This document shows positions 1-9,184 of a DNA stretch of 64,000 nucleotides, piece by piece. The translations under genes were made by a program, and so were the position numbers. This stretch comes from a virus. The number at the start of each line of letters is the position of its first letter. Positions within the stretch are counted from its first letter, which is position 1. The stretch covers positions 1 through 64,000 of the IMG/VR virus record IMGVR_UViG_3300048516_000001; one strand, given 5' to 3'. The notes beneath the pieces are model-generated. The model ran no database searches. It worked only from the letters and a program-made list of their open reading frames with translations, and was not told the origin of the DNA.

Positions 1-136
1 GTTTACGAACTGCTTTAACATCGCCACGCTCACTCGCTTGAAATATCCGCTTTTGCAACTTGAAAGTTACCCGTTCTAGCTTGCGCCAATTTAGGTCTTT
101 CCATTCCACCGTCTGATTGTTCAGCGTTTTAGACAT
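1..136 (-). CDS. Group II intron reverse transcriptase/maturase, N-terminal 45 aa (partial)
   Basis: My translation of the minus strand from ATG at 136: MSKTLNNQTVEWKDLNWRKLERVTFKLQKRIFQASERGDVKAVRK. This matches the conserved W..I.W.K.E..V..LQ.RI..A...GD.K.VR motif of intron-encoded proteins. Too short to appear in the ORF track. Confidence 0.75.
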   Translation of the reverse strand, partial: MSKTLNNQTVEWKDLNWRKLERVTFKLQKRIFQASERGDVKAVRK

Positions 137-738
137 TTTCATTGCTACTTGTTGTATTCCTTTGGAATTACCGTGCATCTGTCGGCATATCCTCACCATT
201 ACAGCGAGGCATTCGCTTTTGATACAATCCCGTCCCTTTAAATCTTTCGTTAGCTACTTACTGGATTTCGACCTCTCCAGAGATTTAAAAGGGTTACTTC
301 GTTCCGATTACACACCTTTGAGTCTTTAGCGCGATGCTATCCACCGGGTTTATAGGTAATGCTTATAGGTCAAACTGTAAATTGCCTATACCTTATCCTT
401 GCCTTTTGGCTTGGTGTTAATCAGTCTTTACCGCGTTTTTCAGAGGTTTTATTCTGATTTTAGCCATTACACCATACATTATTACGATGGTTCAGACACA
501 TCTTTGATTTCTCTACGCATGGACTCCTGCTCGACAGTTACCGGGTTCGGCTCCTAGTAGTCTGCCTTTTAACCCCGCTTTAGCTTGATGGTTGCTACCC
601 ATCGAACTAGGGGCTATGCTTTCACCGCTGCATCTGCGGGGTAGGTTTTGCACCTACTTGTATAATCAGTTGTCTGGCTAATGGAACCAGCTAACCGTCC
701 CTGAGTATTTCTACTCATTTGGGTCAAACGAATCGCAC
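1..738 (-). mobile_element. Group II intron, 5' part (ribozyme domains upstream of the intron ORF plus ORF start); continues past the left edge
   Basis: Minus strand reads GTGCG at 738-734 (canonical intron 5' end). About 600 nt without an ORF follow, then an ORF starts at 136 with a typical intron-encoded RT N-terminus. Domains V/VI lie outside the window. Confidence 0.65.
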
Positions 739-753
739 TACAATAATAATGTA

Positions 754-1056
754 TCACCTTTCCCTATTTTCTATTGCATCAACAATAGCTTGGTCGAAGG
801 CTTCATCGGTAGGTTTTGCTAGCTGCCCAGTCGCGCAAAGCCATCTTAATTGGATGTTTCGTCCGCCTCTGCAAATGCGAGTACCGTTGCTACTGTGGCA
901 GATATGTTGCCCCTCTCCCATTAAATTCTGAGTATATTTGGCGTAAGCCCCTGGTGAAAGTTGTAGAGGTTTTTTGCCTTCAAATGGGCAAGTTAGGCAA
1001 GGTTTAGGCTGAACGGGGTAATCTCGCATATCTCCGGTGATGGTGTTGATACTCAA
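754..1056 (-). CDS. Hypothetical Cys-rich small protein
   Basis: 100-aa ORF, last gene of the minus-strand block. Its stop lies 15 nt upstream of the intron 5' end. Confidence 0.4.
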   Translation of the reverse strand: MSINTITGDMRDYPVQPKPCLTCPFEGKKPLQLSPGAYAKYTQNLMGEGQHICHSSNGTRICRGGRNIQLRWLCATGQLAKPTDEAFDQAIVDAIENRER

Positions 1057-1061
1057 TTGTT

Positions 1062-1319
1062 TTATCCTTCTAGGCGATTAATCATCATTATCAGTTCCAA
1101 GGCTTCTCTTCTTGACCTGAACCAAGTTAGCGGCTTAATAGTAATTGCTCCACTCTCGCAAGGTACAGACAAAAAACCTTCATCTTCAAAACAGCCACCC
1201 GTTGATAGAGAGTCTTGCAAGTCTTGCATTAATCCTGACCTGTATTCAGGTGAAAGCCTTTCTAAGTTAATTCCCCACAGCCTGACAGCAACATCAAATA
1301 TGCTTGTATCTCCCGGCAT
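1062..1319 (-). CDS. Hypothetical protein
   Basis: 85-aa ORF in the same orientation and tightly spaced with its neighbours. The opposite-strand ORF 1057-1335 is judged spurious. Confidence 0.4.
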   Translation of the reverse strand: MPGDTSIFDVAVRLWGINLERLSPEYRSGLMQDLQDSLSTGGCFEDEGFLSVPCESGAITIKPLTWFRSRREALELIMMINRLEG

Positions 1320-1394
1320 TGTTCACTCCCCTTGAAGCTATTGTAATAATTGAAATTGACCCACTTTTGACTGAGTATAAAAGGAATTCAGCAA

Positions 1395-2345
1395 CTAACG
1401 CGCTATATTTTTAGCGTGACTCTGCTTGCTCCAATTGGAATAAGCCTGAACTGGGATACCAATCTTCTCCGGCAACTCAGAAGGAAATTCAAAAGGGTCG
1501 GGTGATGGAGATAGCAATTGCTGCCTAATCTGGGCAACTTGTTTTGCTTGGCTGGCTTGCTGTGATTGATTCTGAGAGTTGAAACCCGTTTCGATATGCA
1601 GGTTTCGCCACTCCTGATAGTTAGGTTGGCGCGGAGATTGACCACTGTAACGCTTAATTTTCTCCACTGCGTTTGCGTAGTCAACACTCAACGGCTCCAA
1701 CTCTTTCAAGACCTGTTCGGCTGCTTCCATGCAACGCCTTTCTTGAGTGGCGTACTCTTGTTTTAGAACCATCCATTCTTCAGTTATTTGAGCCTCCCTT
1801 GCTTTGATAAACTCTACAGCTTTTAAAGCAGTTGCCGTTAATAGCTTAGGGTCTTTTCGCGCAATTCCTGCCTGTTTTGACTGAGGGTAGAAATTGACTC
1901 CCAACGTTTCCCCGGTTGGGTCATAGTAGTCGAAACTTCCAAGTATTGTCGGACTTTCAGCTTGGTACACCGCCAGCGGAATCTTAAAGGCATCCGCCCA
2001 ATTTCCTTGAGCTGGAGTGACAAAATCCAGTCTAGGGGCTTTCACTTTGGCTTCTCGTGCTGTTACACAACGGCTACAACATTCATCGAAATACCCCTCT
2101 TCCGGTTCAATTTCGTTGCTAATCCAAAGTGCTTTAACTTTATCCCAGTCAAACGAGTCGGTGTCCAAAATGAGCATACTTCGACAGAACCTGCCACCCG
2201 TATTAGGTTCTTCTGTTACCGTGCCATCTGTTTTGAAAAGTCCCCCTCGTTCTCGGTATACATCACCGGAGTGGACAATTTTTAACATTTTCTCGATTTC
2301 GTCTCTTGAGATTTCCGATTTCTCAAGATTTTTTTTATTGAACAT
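1395..2345 (-). CDS. Hypothetical protein (316 aa)
   Basis: Long ORF, 5 nt downstream of the preceding gene. No motif recognised. Confidence 0.6.
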   Translation of the reverse strand: MFNKKNLEKSEISRDEIEKMLKIVHSGDVYRERGGLFKTDGTVTEEPNTGGRFCRSMLILDTDSFDWDKVKALWISNEIEPEEGYFDECCSRCVTAREAKVKAPRLDFVTPAQGNWADAFKIPLAVYQAESPTILGSFDYYDPTGETLGVNFYPQSKQAGIARKDPKLLTATALKAVEFIKAREAQITEEWMVLKQEYATQERRCMEAAEQVLKELEPLSVDYANAVEKIKRYSGQSPRQPNYQEWRNLHIETGFNSQNQSQQASQAKQVAQIRQQLLSPSPDPFEFPSELPEKIGIPVQAYSNWSKQSHAKNIAR

Positions 2346-2350
2346 TGCTT

Positions 2351-2869
2351 TTACGCTCCAAATATTTGAGTTGCAAAATAATTGATTCTTCCATCATCAC
2401 CCTGGAGTCGTGAGATGGAAATACCAATTCCGGTATGCGTGAAATAAGGTTGAATCATTACTGTGTGATGTCCTGAACTTTTTATCCAGCCAGGGACAAT
2501 CAATGTGTGTTGCTCGGAAAATTGAAAATCGTAACACTCTCCACCCGCCAAGTTTTCTCCGGCTCTCGCAAAAGATTTCATAACTTGCGGGCCCCTTGCC
2601 TCATTCCAGCCATCGTGAGTTAGGCGACTGCTTTTATCCATCCACCTACTGTGGGTGGTAGCAATCTCGCTAAGCCTTGAATCTATTGTCAAAGGATTGA
2701 GGTTTCGACTCTCTCTGTAGTTATTGACCTCAATCAAGATTTGATTTTCAAGGCTCGAACCTGAGTCTATCCTTTGTCTGCTAGCGGTTTCAGTAGGTAC
2801 TGATTCAGTGGTATTACCTTGTTTAACTGGCGGTGTCCAGACATCGACAATCCTTTGAAAGAAATCCAT
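2351..2869 (-). CDS. CAP/SCP/PR1-like (YkwD-type) domain protein
   Basis: C-terminal pattern HSRWM...LTHDGW...GENLAGG...PGWIKSSGHHTVMIQP.FTHTGIGIS...YFATQIFG resembles the CAP-domain signature. Confidence 0.65.
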   Translation of the reverse strand: MDFFQRIVDVWTPPVKQGNTTESVPTETASRQRIDSGSSLENQILIEVNNYRESRNLNPLTIDSRLSEIATTHSRWMDKSSRLTHDGWNEARGPQVMKSFARAGENLAGGECYDFQFSEQHTLIVPGWIKSSGHHTVMIQPYFTHTGIGISISRLQGDDGRINYFATQIFGA

Positions 2870-2880
2870 TTGCTCTCCTG

Positions 2881-3246
2881 CTATTTAGAATTTGGCTTGA
2901 CATCTTGCTTCAAGCACTCTTCTAGGTGCTTTGTTGTTAGCTCTGCGTTTAACCCAGTGAGAACACCTGTCTTTTGCAGGAAGTCGTTGTTTTCCACCTG
3001 CATCATTACGGCTTTTTTCCGTACTAACTTCTGTCTTTTGAGCGCTAACGAGCTTGCCAAAACTCCTATGGCAATAGCAAGCAACAGACTTGCCGTTTTA
3101 AGGTTTGATGGTTTGCCACCAAAGAATAGACTTCCTAACCACGCACCACCAGATATGGATATTGCTACGGTTGTTTTGGTGGTTAGAGCGTTGAAATCTT
3201 TCTCGTTAAAAAGATTTCCAAAGAAATGCTCAGTCGTTTTCGACAT
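2881..3246 (-). CDS. Small membrane protein
   Basis: Start chosen at MSKTTEHF (ATG 3246), which overlaps the upstream stop as TAATG. Hydrophobic segments GAWLGSLFFGG and LLLAIAIGVLASSLAL. Confidence 0.5.
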   Translation of the reverse strand: MSKTTEHFFGNLFNEKDFNALTTKTTVAISISGGAWLGSLFFGGKPSNLKTASLLLAIAIGVLASSLALKRQKLVRKKAVMMQVENNDFLQKTGVLTGLNAELTTKHLEECLKQDVKPNSK

Positions 3247-3500
3247 TAGGTTGCAACCCCTACGATAAGTCCACAAGTGATGCAAAACCAAAACCCGATA
3301 GAGTAGGCGATAACTTTATTGACCGGGAAGCTCCATAGTTCCGAGAACAGCGTAGGCATAAGAGTTGCTAAAAGATTTGAACAGATAACTAACCCTAGAA
3401 TGATAATCCCTATATTGGCGGCTAGTAACTGAGATTTGATTGCGTAAATTAGAAAGTTGGTCGAAACTAAAACAGTTAATCCTAATGCGAGTGGAAACAT
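3246..3500 (-). CDS. Small multi-pass membrane protein (84 aa)
   Basis: Internal ATG at 3500 lies directly after the stop of the upstream gene (3502). The product is almost entirely hydrophobic helices. Confidence 0.5.
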   Translation of the reverse strand: MFPLALGLTVLVSTNFLIYAIKSQLLAANIGIIILGLVICSNLLATLMPTLFSELWSFPVNKVIAYSIGFWFCITCGLIVGVAT

Positions 3501-3501
3501 T

Positions 3502-3936
3502 TTATTTCCTGTAGGGTAGTTGTGGAAAATTGCGAGATTTCTCAATTTGTTCGGGACGGCTAGATGAGCTGTCCCCAGAGAGTAAAGCTGCATAATCAGG
3601 GAGAACTTGTGCTGCAACAGATTTGACTCGCTGCTCGGCTTCGTAGTACCTCTGCGACTCGGTAACGACAACTTCTATGGTGTCTGCCACTGCTACCGCT
3701 ACATCAGTTGTTGCCCTAGCTTTCTCTGACACCCCTTGAAGTTGGGCAATGGTAATGGCTGCTTTAGCTTGAAGCGCCTGACTTTGTAGTCTCAAGTTCT
3801 GCACTGTTGGGTTAACGGCTTCCTGTAGTCTCTTTGTTTCACCCGCGAGTTCGTTTGTCTCTTCTTGGGTGTAGAGACGTATTTCACCTAATCCGCCCAA
3901 GAGTTTATTGATTGCTACTGAGATGATGTTGCTCAT
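3502..3936 (-). CDS. Coiled-coil protein
   Basis: 144-aa ORF, Q/A/E-rich heptad-like sequence. Confidence 0.55.
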   Translation of the reverse strand: MSNIISVAINKLLGGLGEIRLYTQEETNELAGETKRLQEAVNPTVQNLRLQSQALQAKAAITIAQLQGVSEKARATTDVAVAVADTIEVVVTESQRYYEAEQRVKSVAAQVLPDYAALLSGDSSSSRPEQIEKSRNFPQLPYRK

Positions 3937-4082
3937 TGATTTACTCCTGTCGGTTTGGCGTTGAGAGGCTTACTTGGAAGTAACTTGACAAGCTTGTTTA
4001 ACATTTGTTAGTTGTGTTAATTAACTGTTGCCGATATCCGGCAGACCTGCACACTCCGACTCCGAGGTGGTGTGCAAGAAGT

Positions 4083-4514
4083 TTATTTCTTTTTCCTTGC
4101 AATTTTCCATAGCTGTGTGAAAGCGTATTTAATCCAACTGCCAACAAAGTAAAAATAAAACCACAAAGGCTTATTACTTTCACTCCAACAATGAAGTAGA
4201 TATCGAGCTTTCCATTGCTCGAAATAGGGTAGTCGAAAGAATTCTGTACCCCCTGACTTCCGACCCATGTAAACATTAAACCTGCGGAAATGATTGTGCA
4301 TCTTATCTTCTAACGCTCTCATGCTTGAGGTATGTACCAACTCTACCAACTCTAGCTTGCCCCAATCTTCCTCTAATTCGCGTTTTCGTAGGTGAATTTC
4401 GCGACCAGTTAATCCGATTTTGTAGAAGCCTTTTGTGTCTTTAAAGATGTAGACACTGCCTGGCACATAATCATTGCGAACGCCATTGATATAGCGATTG
4501 CTAAGCTTCTTCAT
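4083..4514 (-). CDS. T5orf172 / GIY-YIG-like domain protein
   Basis: GSVYIFKDTKGFYKIGLTGREIHLRKRELE...LELVELVHTSSMRALEDKMHNHFRRF...GGTEFFRLP matches the T5orf172 (MUG113) pattern. 4-nt overlap with the upstream ATPase gene. Confidence 0.7.
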   Translation of the reverse strand: MKKLSNRYINGVRNDYVPGSVYIFKDTKGFYKIGLTGREIHLRKRELEEDWGKLELVELVHTSSMRALEDKMHNHFRRFNVYMGRKSGGTEFFRLPYFEQWKARYLLHCWSESNKPLWFYFYFVGSWIKYAFTQLWKIARKKK

Positions 4515-6319
4515 CCTGTCAACTCCTTGTATTCTGCAAGTGCTGATTCATAAGCTTTCGTCTTACCTGGTCGTGCATTCCATAATATCCAGATAATTTC
4601 GGTTTGGTTGTGTTTCGTTTCATGTTTCAGTTTTTGAATTAGCTCAATTGCTTGATTTCTGCCGAGTTTCAAGGGCGTGAAATAAGCAATACCAGAATCG
4701 GTGAAACTATTGTCAGATGGTTGTTTCACGCCTTGAGCGGTATCTGAAACCATTTCACCTTCGCCCAACTTCGGCTTAAAACCGAAAATCCGTTCCAGCC
4801 TCTCAACCTCACTCTCTTTGTCTGTCTTGATTTCAGTTTGCGACTCAATCGATTCTATTTCTTTAGGTTGTTCTAATTCAATTACAGCAGTATTTTGATG
4901 CTGCTGTTGATAGTACCTGACATCAGCTTGAAGGCAAACACTCGCTGGTTCCAATGTCGAGAAAATAATAGGACGTTCGCTGTGTTGTGAGATTGGTCTA
5001 AGCTTCTCAAACTCGGCAATTAATCTAACTCGAATATCTCTGTCGCTGATGATGTGCTGACTTTGAATCATGTAGGACAAAACACCATAAGAATCATTCA
5101 CTCCTTCATCGGTTGTATAGTAATTTCCCAGCCCAATTAGGTTGAAGTTTTGACGCGAGTTGTTGTCAGCTTTCATGCCAATTGCTTTTAGATTGAAACT
5201 TTGTAAATCTGCCCACAAGCAAACATTGAAGTCACGCCCGTTGAGAACAATATCTACTAATTCAACCAAGTAGTTAGAGTCTTTAACGTCGGGATGAGCG
5301 GTTAACTTCTCTAACGCTAAGCTGATGCTGAACCAGTCAGCCAGTAGTAGACGAACAGGTGATAGATTCTTCCTCTTTTCCTCGTCTAAGTGTCTGCGCT
5401 TGTCATAGATACTCCATACATGGTGAATAGTATCGAGTGTTTTTTTGACTTGGTTGATGTCAAAGATTGTGACTCGTCCCTTCTCTTTCAACCCACAGAA
5501 ACTATCATTTTTCTGACTAACTACCCAGAACTCTGCGGACGACTGTTTCTCTTTGAGTATTGAAATCAAAGCCGCTTGAGTAACGCTTTTACCGCCACCT
5601 GTACCTGCAATCAATAGCAGGGATTTCCTTGATAACGCTAGCTGATTAAGAATAGCTTTCGCTTTAGTTTCGGACGGATGTAACAAACCCGGTTCAAGCA
5701 CTGGTTGGCTAGCAATTTCAGTCACCCCAAACGTGTCAACGATACCGTCAGTCAAGATACTTTTTTTTTCAGCCTCGTTTTCGCTTGCTGACGGCAAGGA
5801 AGCTTGTTGATTGACTGATTGAGTGTTAACGGCGGGTAATTGCTGTTGCTGGCGTGTTTCCGGCTCACTAGCGTACCAATTGCTAGCTTCTGCAAGTTCA
5901 ATAAACGCGCTTTCAAGGTCTTTCTGGTGTGCTGTAACAGTTGTTGTTTTGTTCGCCTCGCACAACTCCCGCTCTGTTTGAAGTTCAATGTCAGTGCGGA
6001 TTTTACGAACCCGTTTTGCTTTCTGGTATTCCTCCCCCTCTAACTCGATTTCCGATAGTCGATTGGAGACTATCAGGAATGCCATCACCGACAGAGGAAC
6101 CGAACCCATTAACAACAGAATGGCTAGAATTGTGTAGTTTGACGCAACTTTGATGGCGGGCTTCTTGAGCACTTTGTATTCGTGCTCTGTGACGATTTGC
6201 TCGGTACTGGTTAATTGATAGCGGGTTTGTTTGGGAACCATTGCACCGAGTATCATCAGCGCGTAAGCAGCCGTCACACAGCCAGAAAACATTGCTACTG
6301 CTTTGAGGTTCTTTTTCAT
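4511..6319 (-). CDS. Membrane-anchored P-loop NTPase (FtsK/TcpA/coupling-protein-like)
   Basis: N-terminal hydrophobic helices, a coiled-coil, Walker A LLLIAGTGGGKSVT, and a hydrophobic strand ending in D (VRLLLADW). Overlaps both neighbours. Confidence 0.55.
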   Translation of the reverse strand: MKKNLKAVAMFSGCVTAAYALMILGAMVPKQTRYQLTSTEQIVTEHEYKVLKKPAIKVASNYTILAILLLMGSVPLSVMAFLIVSNRLSEIELEGEEYQKAKRVRKIRTDIELQTERELCEANKTTTVTAHQKDLESAFIELAEASNWYASEPETRQQQQLPAVNTQSVNQQASLPSASENEAEKKSILTDGIVDTFGVTEIASQPVLEPGLLHPSETKAKAILNQLALSRKSLLLIAGTGGGKSVTQAALISILKEKQSSAEFWVVSQKNDSFCGLKEKGRVTIFDINQVKKTLDTIHHVWSIYDKRRHLDEEKRKNLSPVRLLLADWFSISLALEKLTAHPDVKDSNYLVELVDIVLNGRDFNVCLWADLQSFNLKAIGMKADNNSRQNFNLIGLGNYYTTDEGVNDSYGVLSYMIQSQHIISDRDIRVRLIAEFEKLRPISQHSERPIIFSTLEPASVCLQADVRYYQQQHQNTAVIELEQPKEIESIESQTEIKTDKESEVERLERIFGFKPKLGEGEMVSDTAQGVKQPSDNSFTDSGIAYFTPLKLGRNQAIELIQKLKHETKHNQTEIIWILWNARPGKTKAYESALAEYKELTG

Positions 6320-6840
6320 CAGTAACCCCTCTTTCTTTTGGGTAGGAAGCTACTAGCGAACTTAACGGCTGTAAGTGCCGCCACAACCAGGAATCCGACA
6401 AGCACTGTAACAGCTAACTGCTGATTCTTGGCGAGCCAATCCAACATTAGGTCAGAGTTACTGATAGCAGCAGCGAAACCAGTTCCGATGCCACCAGTAA
6501 ACAATCGAAATTTGTCAAGTGTCTTGAGCTGCCCCCAAGTAAAGGCGAATATCAGCCCGACTCCGACTAACGCTAATCCAAACAACGCCATGACGACAAC
6601 AAACCAGTTGATTGAACGAAAGATTAGGAAAAGTAGTGATGCGCCGCTGATAAAGATGGTCAAACCCGCTAATTCCTGAGCTAGCACCCATTGCTTTGTA
6701 ACCCTTTTATAAAGGTCGTTTTCGATTGGAATAACATCGTTTTCTGCGTAATCTTCAGAGGCTACATCAATCGTCACCTCGGCTGATTTGTAGGGGGTAA
6801 TCGGAGTGTTTTCTTCCTCCCCCATTGGGTACATAAACAT
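6319..6840 (-). CDS. Multi-pass membrane protein
   Basis: 173 aa with about 4 hydrophobic helices. 1-nt overlap with the ATPase gene. Confidence 0.6.
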   Translation of the reverse strand: MFMYPMGEEENTPITPYKSAEVTIDVASEDYAENDVIPIENDLYKRVTKQWVLAQELAGLTIFISGASLLFLIFRSINWFVVVMALFGLALVGVGLIFAFTWGQLKTLDKFRLFTGGIGTGFAAAISNSDLMLDWLAKNQQLAVTVLVGFLVVAALTAVKFASSFLPKRKRGY

Positions 6841-6843
6841 TGA

Positions 6844-7473
6844 CTACCTCTTGCTAAAAAGCTTTTCAAGCTTGGTTCTGGCTGCCGCTATCTTTTGGTC
6901 GTCTTCCGTTTCTTCTTTTACCTTGTCGGAAACTTGACTTTTGGTTTTCTCGACCTGACCATCTGACTTCTCTTTCTTCCTTTTTGTAGCGTCAGCAGCT
7001 ATTAGAAGACGGTTCTTGAAGTCTTGAGTCAGGTAATCCCTTTCTATATCTCCTTTTCTTTGAATTAACCCTTGTTCTTCTGTTAGTTGATGTTGCCAGG
7101 TGCGGTAATGTTCTTCATACTCTGTACCTGCCAATAGGGAAGACATAACAAATCCGTCCTCTCTTGTTTTGGTGGCGTACATAAGCTCAAGAGCCGAGGC
7201 TCTTAAGCTTTCGATTTCTTCGTGTGACTCGCAGATAGTCGTAAGGTACTCAAAGAATTTATTAGCCATTTCAGCTTGCAGGAGCCCTCCTTCTGCCAGG
7301 GCTTTTGCTTGTGCCATATTTTCGAGATTTAAAGCACCAATTAAACCAGGATTGATGCCAAAAAATCGAACCAACGCTGGTGGAATCTTAATACCTGAAA
7401 GCCATTGCGGGACATTAGCTAACGCAAGGTCTACGTCGTGAGCTTTTGCCAACTTCTTTCCAGCCTTAGCCAT
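6844..7473 (-). CDS. Hypothetical protein with charged C-terminal tail
   Basis: 209-aa ORF. Overlaps the upstream gene by 1 nt. Confidence 0.6.
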   Translation of the reverse strand: MAKAGKKLAKAHDVDLALANVPQWLSGIKIPPALVRFFGINPGLIGALNLENMAQAKALAEGGLLQAEMANKFFEYLTTICESHEEIESLRASALELMYATKTREDGFVMSSLLAGTEYEEHYRTWQHQLTEEQGLIQRKGDIERDYLTQDFKNRLLIAADATKRKKEKSDGQVEKTKSQVSDKVKEETEDDQKIAAARTKLEKLFSKR

Positions 7474-7793
7474 TACCTGCCCCCAAATGATGAATTAGTT
7501 TTGCAAAACTCGTCAATCTTGGCTTGATTTTGTCGTAGGTTGAAACTAGCAACTATTGCTTTTGACTCAGCTTCAGAAAGCGCTTTTTGATTAATGGCGT
7601 TAGTAGCTGAGTAGCCAGTAATCGCACCCAGAGCCAGTAGGCTTAACGCACCTCCAAATACCAAGAGTTGTTTACTGTTTGACGGCTCTGAGTGTTGATT
7701 GAAATCCGCTTGAGAACTGCTAACAACTACCGCTCCACCTGCGTTTAGATGTAAATTAGCGAACTGTTGACGTTCTTTCGTAATTGTGTTCAT
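7473..7793 (-). CDS. Single-pass membrane protein
   Basis: 106 aa, with central helix LLVFGGALSLLALGAITGY. Confidence 0.55.
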   Translation of the reverse strand: MNTITKERQQFANLHLNAGGAVVVSSSQADFNQHSEPSNSKQLLVFGGALSLLALGAITGYSATNAINQKALSEAESKAIVASFNLRQNQAKIDEFCKTNSSFGGR

Positions 7794-8009
7794 GAATTAA
7801 CCTCTTTAAGTGTTGGCTCTCGGTCGTTGATTAACAATGTAAAAGTTCAAGAGAAAGAATGCGGTCATTTGCTCGAATACTATTAGAAACAATCCGAGAA
7901 AACAGTCGAATAATCTTGGTAAACATTGGTTGATTTTCCGTGGTTAAACGTCGATTGATTAACGACAGGAGAATCAATTGAAACAGCAATCGATTCTCCC
8001 ACCGATTGA

Positions 8010-8375
8010 CTACGCTACGTCTATGACATCCGCAGACACAAGCATTTTTTTTGGGCCTGTCGAAGACAGTTGGAAACGCGATTCATCTTCCAGTTCTGCA
8101 AAAGAGGCAGAAAATCCTTCAAGATGTCCAAAAATTTCGTCTCCAATGTCGCCAAAATCTCCTCTTGAAATGTCGCCGATAGCGTCAGTAATTCCGCCTA
8201 AAACGTATGCCTTAGTGCTCCGCCGAACGTCGTTTCTAACCTTGTCTAGTTGTGCCTGAATGTTGCCGACTCCGGCATTAGTATCAAGCGGTTTAGCTGC
8301 TTTAGCCTTTCGACCGCCGCCACGATTTGCAGATTTAGCTTGATTGATTGCTTCTTGTTCAGATTGAGTAGTCAT
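8010..8375 (-). CDS. Hypothetical protein
   Basis: 121-aa ORF overlapping the upstream gene. The opposite-strand ORF 7978-8259 is judged spurious. Confidence 0.5.
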   Translation of the reverse strand: MTTQSEQEAINQAKSANRGGGRKAKAAKPLDTNAGVGNIQAQLDKVRNDVRRSTKAYVLGGITDAIGDISRGDFGDIGDEIFGHLEGFSASFAELEDESRFQLSSTGPKKMLVSADVIDVA

Positions 8376-8724
8376 TGAAGTAGTCCTCTATGGTTTGGAT
8401 GATTGACTTGATTGCAGGTATTCGTCCGCGTTGCCTAACAGTTTGTCGGAATAGCCAGATAACCTGCGCTTCTTCCCGTGTAAACCCTTTTCGGCGACAT
8501 CGAAAGGGCTTCTTTCTGTTTGGGAACATTTCAGTAAGTTGAGTTTCCCTTGTTACTTCTTCCAACTGAATCAACTCCAGCTTTCGGAGTGTCACCACAT
8601 CCCGACGCAATTGCCCTAAAGAGATACCCATCGTTGCAGCCATCAGATCAGTATTTAACCAGTCAATCTCGTCTGGAACTATTGCCGATAACGGTTTGAA
8701 CTGGCTATGAACCTGGGCGTACAT
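8359..8724 (-). CDS. Hypothetical protein, possible HTH
   Basis: First gene of the minus block. The segment TDLMAATMGISLGQLRRD looks HTH-like. Confidence 0.5.
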   Translation of the reverse strand: MYAQVHSQFKPLSAIVPDEIDWLNTDLMAATMGISLGQLRRDVVTLRKLELIQLEEVTRETQLTEMFPNRKKPFRCRRKGFTREEAQVIWLFRQTVRQRGRIPAIKSIIQTIEDYFNDYSI

Positions 8725-8788
8725 GATAAATTTCTAAGGTTGCTAAATGTTCATTATGTGCGCGTTATTAGTTCGACAAACTTCTAAT

Positions 8789-8814
8789 GAACTTTTAACG
8801 AACTTTTAACGAAC
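8789..8814. promoter_or_regulatory. Tandem 11-bp repeats GAACTTTTAAC x2 (+GAAC) in a divergent intergenic region
   Basis: Read directly: gaacttttaacgaacttttaacgaac, lying between divergent genes 8359-8724(-) and 8954-9184(+). Confidence 0.3.
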
Positions 8815-8953
8815 ATGAACACACTGTAAAGGATGCTGCGCGAAGTTGTCAAGGGGCAACGCAAACTATTTTTGTACTTTTGCTGAAACCCGCTAGACGA
8901 CTAGGTTTTTCTGTGAGACACTTAAAGAAGTCGCGAAGTAGTAGAGCATTTAC

Positions 8954-9184
8954 ATGGCAAAAAAAGAAGACCCCACTTATTCACCGCTGCGGGGTCACGT
9001 CCCGAAAGACCTGTATAAACGTTTCAAGGCGTATTGTGTTGAAGAAGAGATGGACAACTCCCAAGCACTGGAAAACGTACTCAAGTTTTATTTTGACTAC
9101 CGAGAGAAGGTAGCACCTAAAAGCGAGATAGCGACAGAGTTTGAGAAGATTCAGAAAAAACGAACTAAGGGAAAAAGTGCATGA
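8954..9184 (+). CDS. Ribbon-helix-helix (CopG/ParG-like) protein
   Basis: LRGHVPKDLYKRFKAYCVEEEMDNSQALENVLKFYF fits a beta-strand plus two helices RHH pattern. Confidence 0.55.
   Translation: MAKKEDPTYSPLRGHVPKDLYKRFKAYCVEEEMDNSQALENVLKFYFDYREKVAPKSEIATEFEKIQKKRTKGKSA

Noticed and set aside
3998-4276. 92-aa minus-strand ORF overlapping the T5orf172 gene
   Set aside because: It overlaps the 3' part of a gene with a recognisable domain in another frame, and it has no supporting features.
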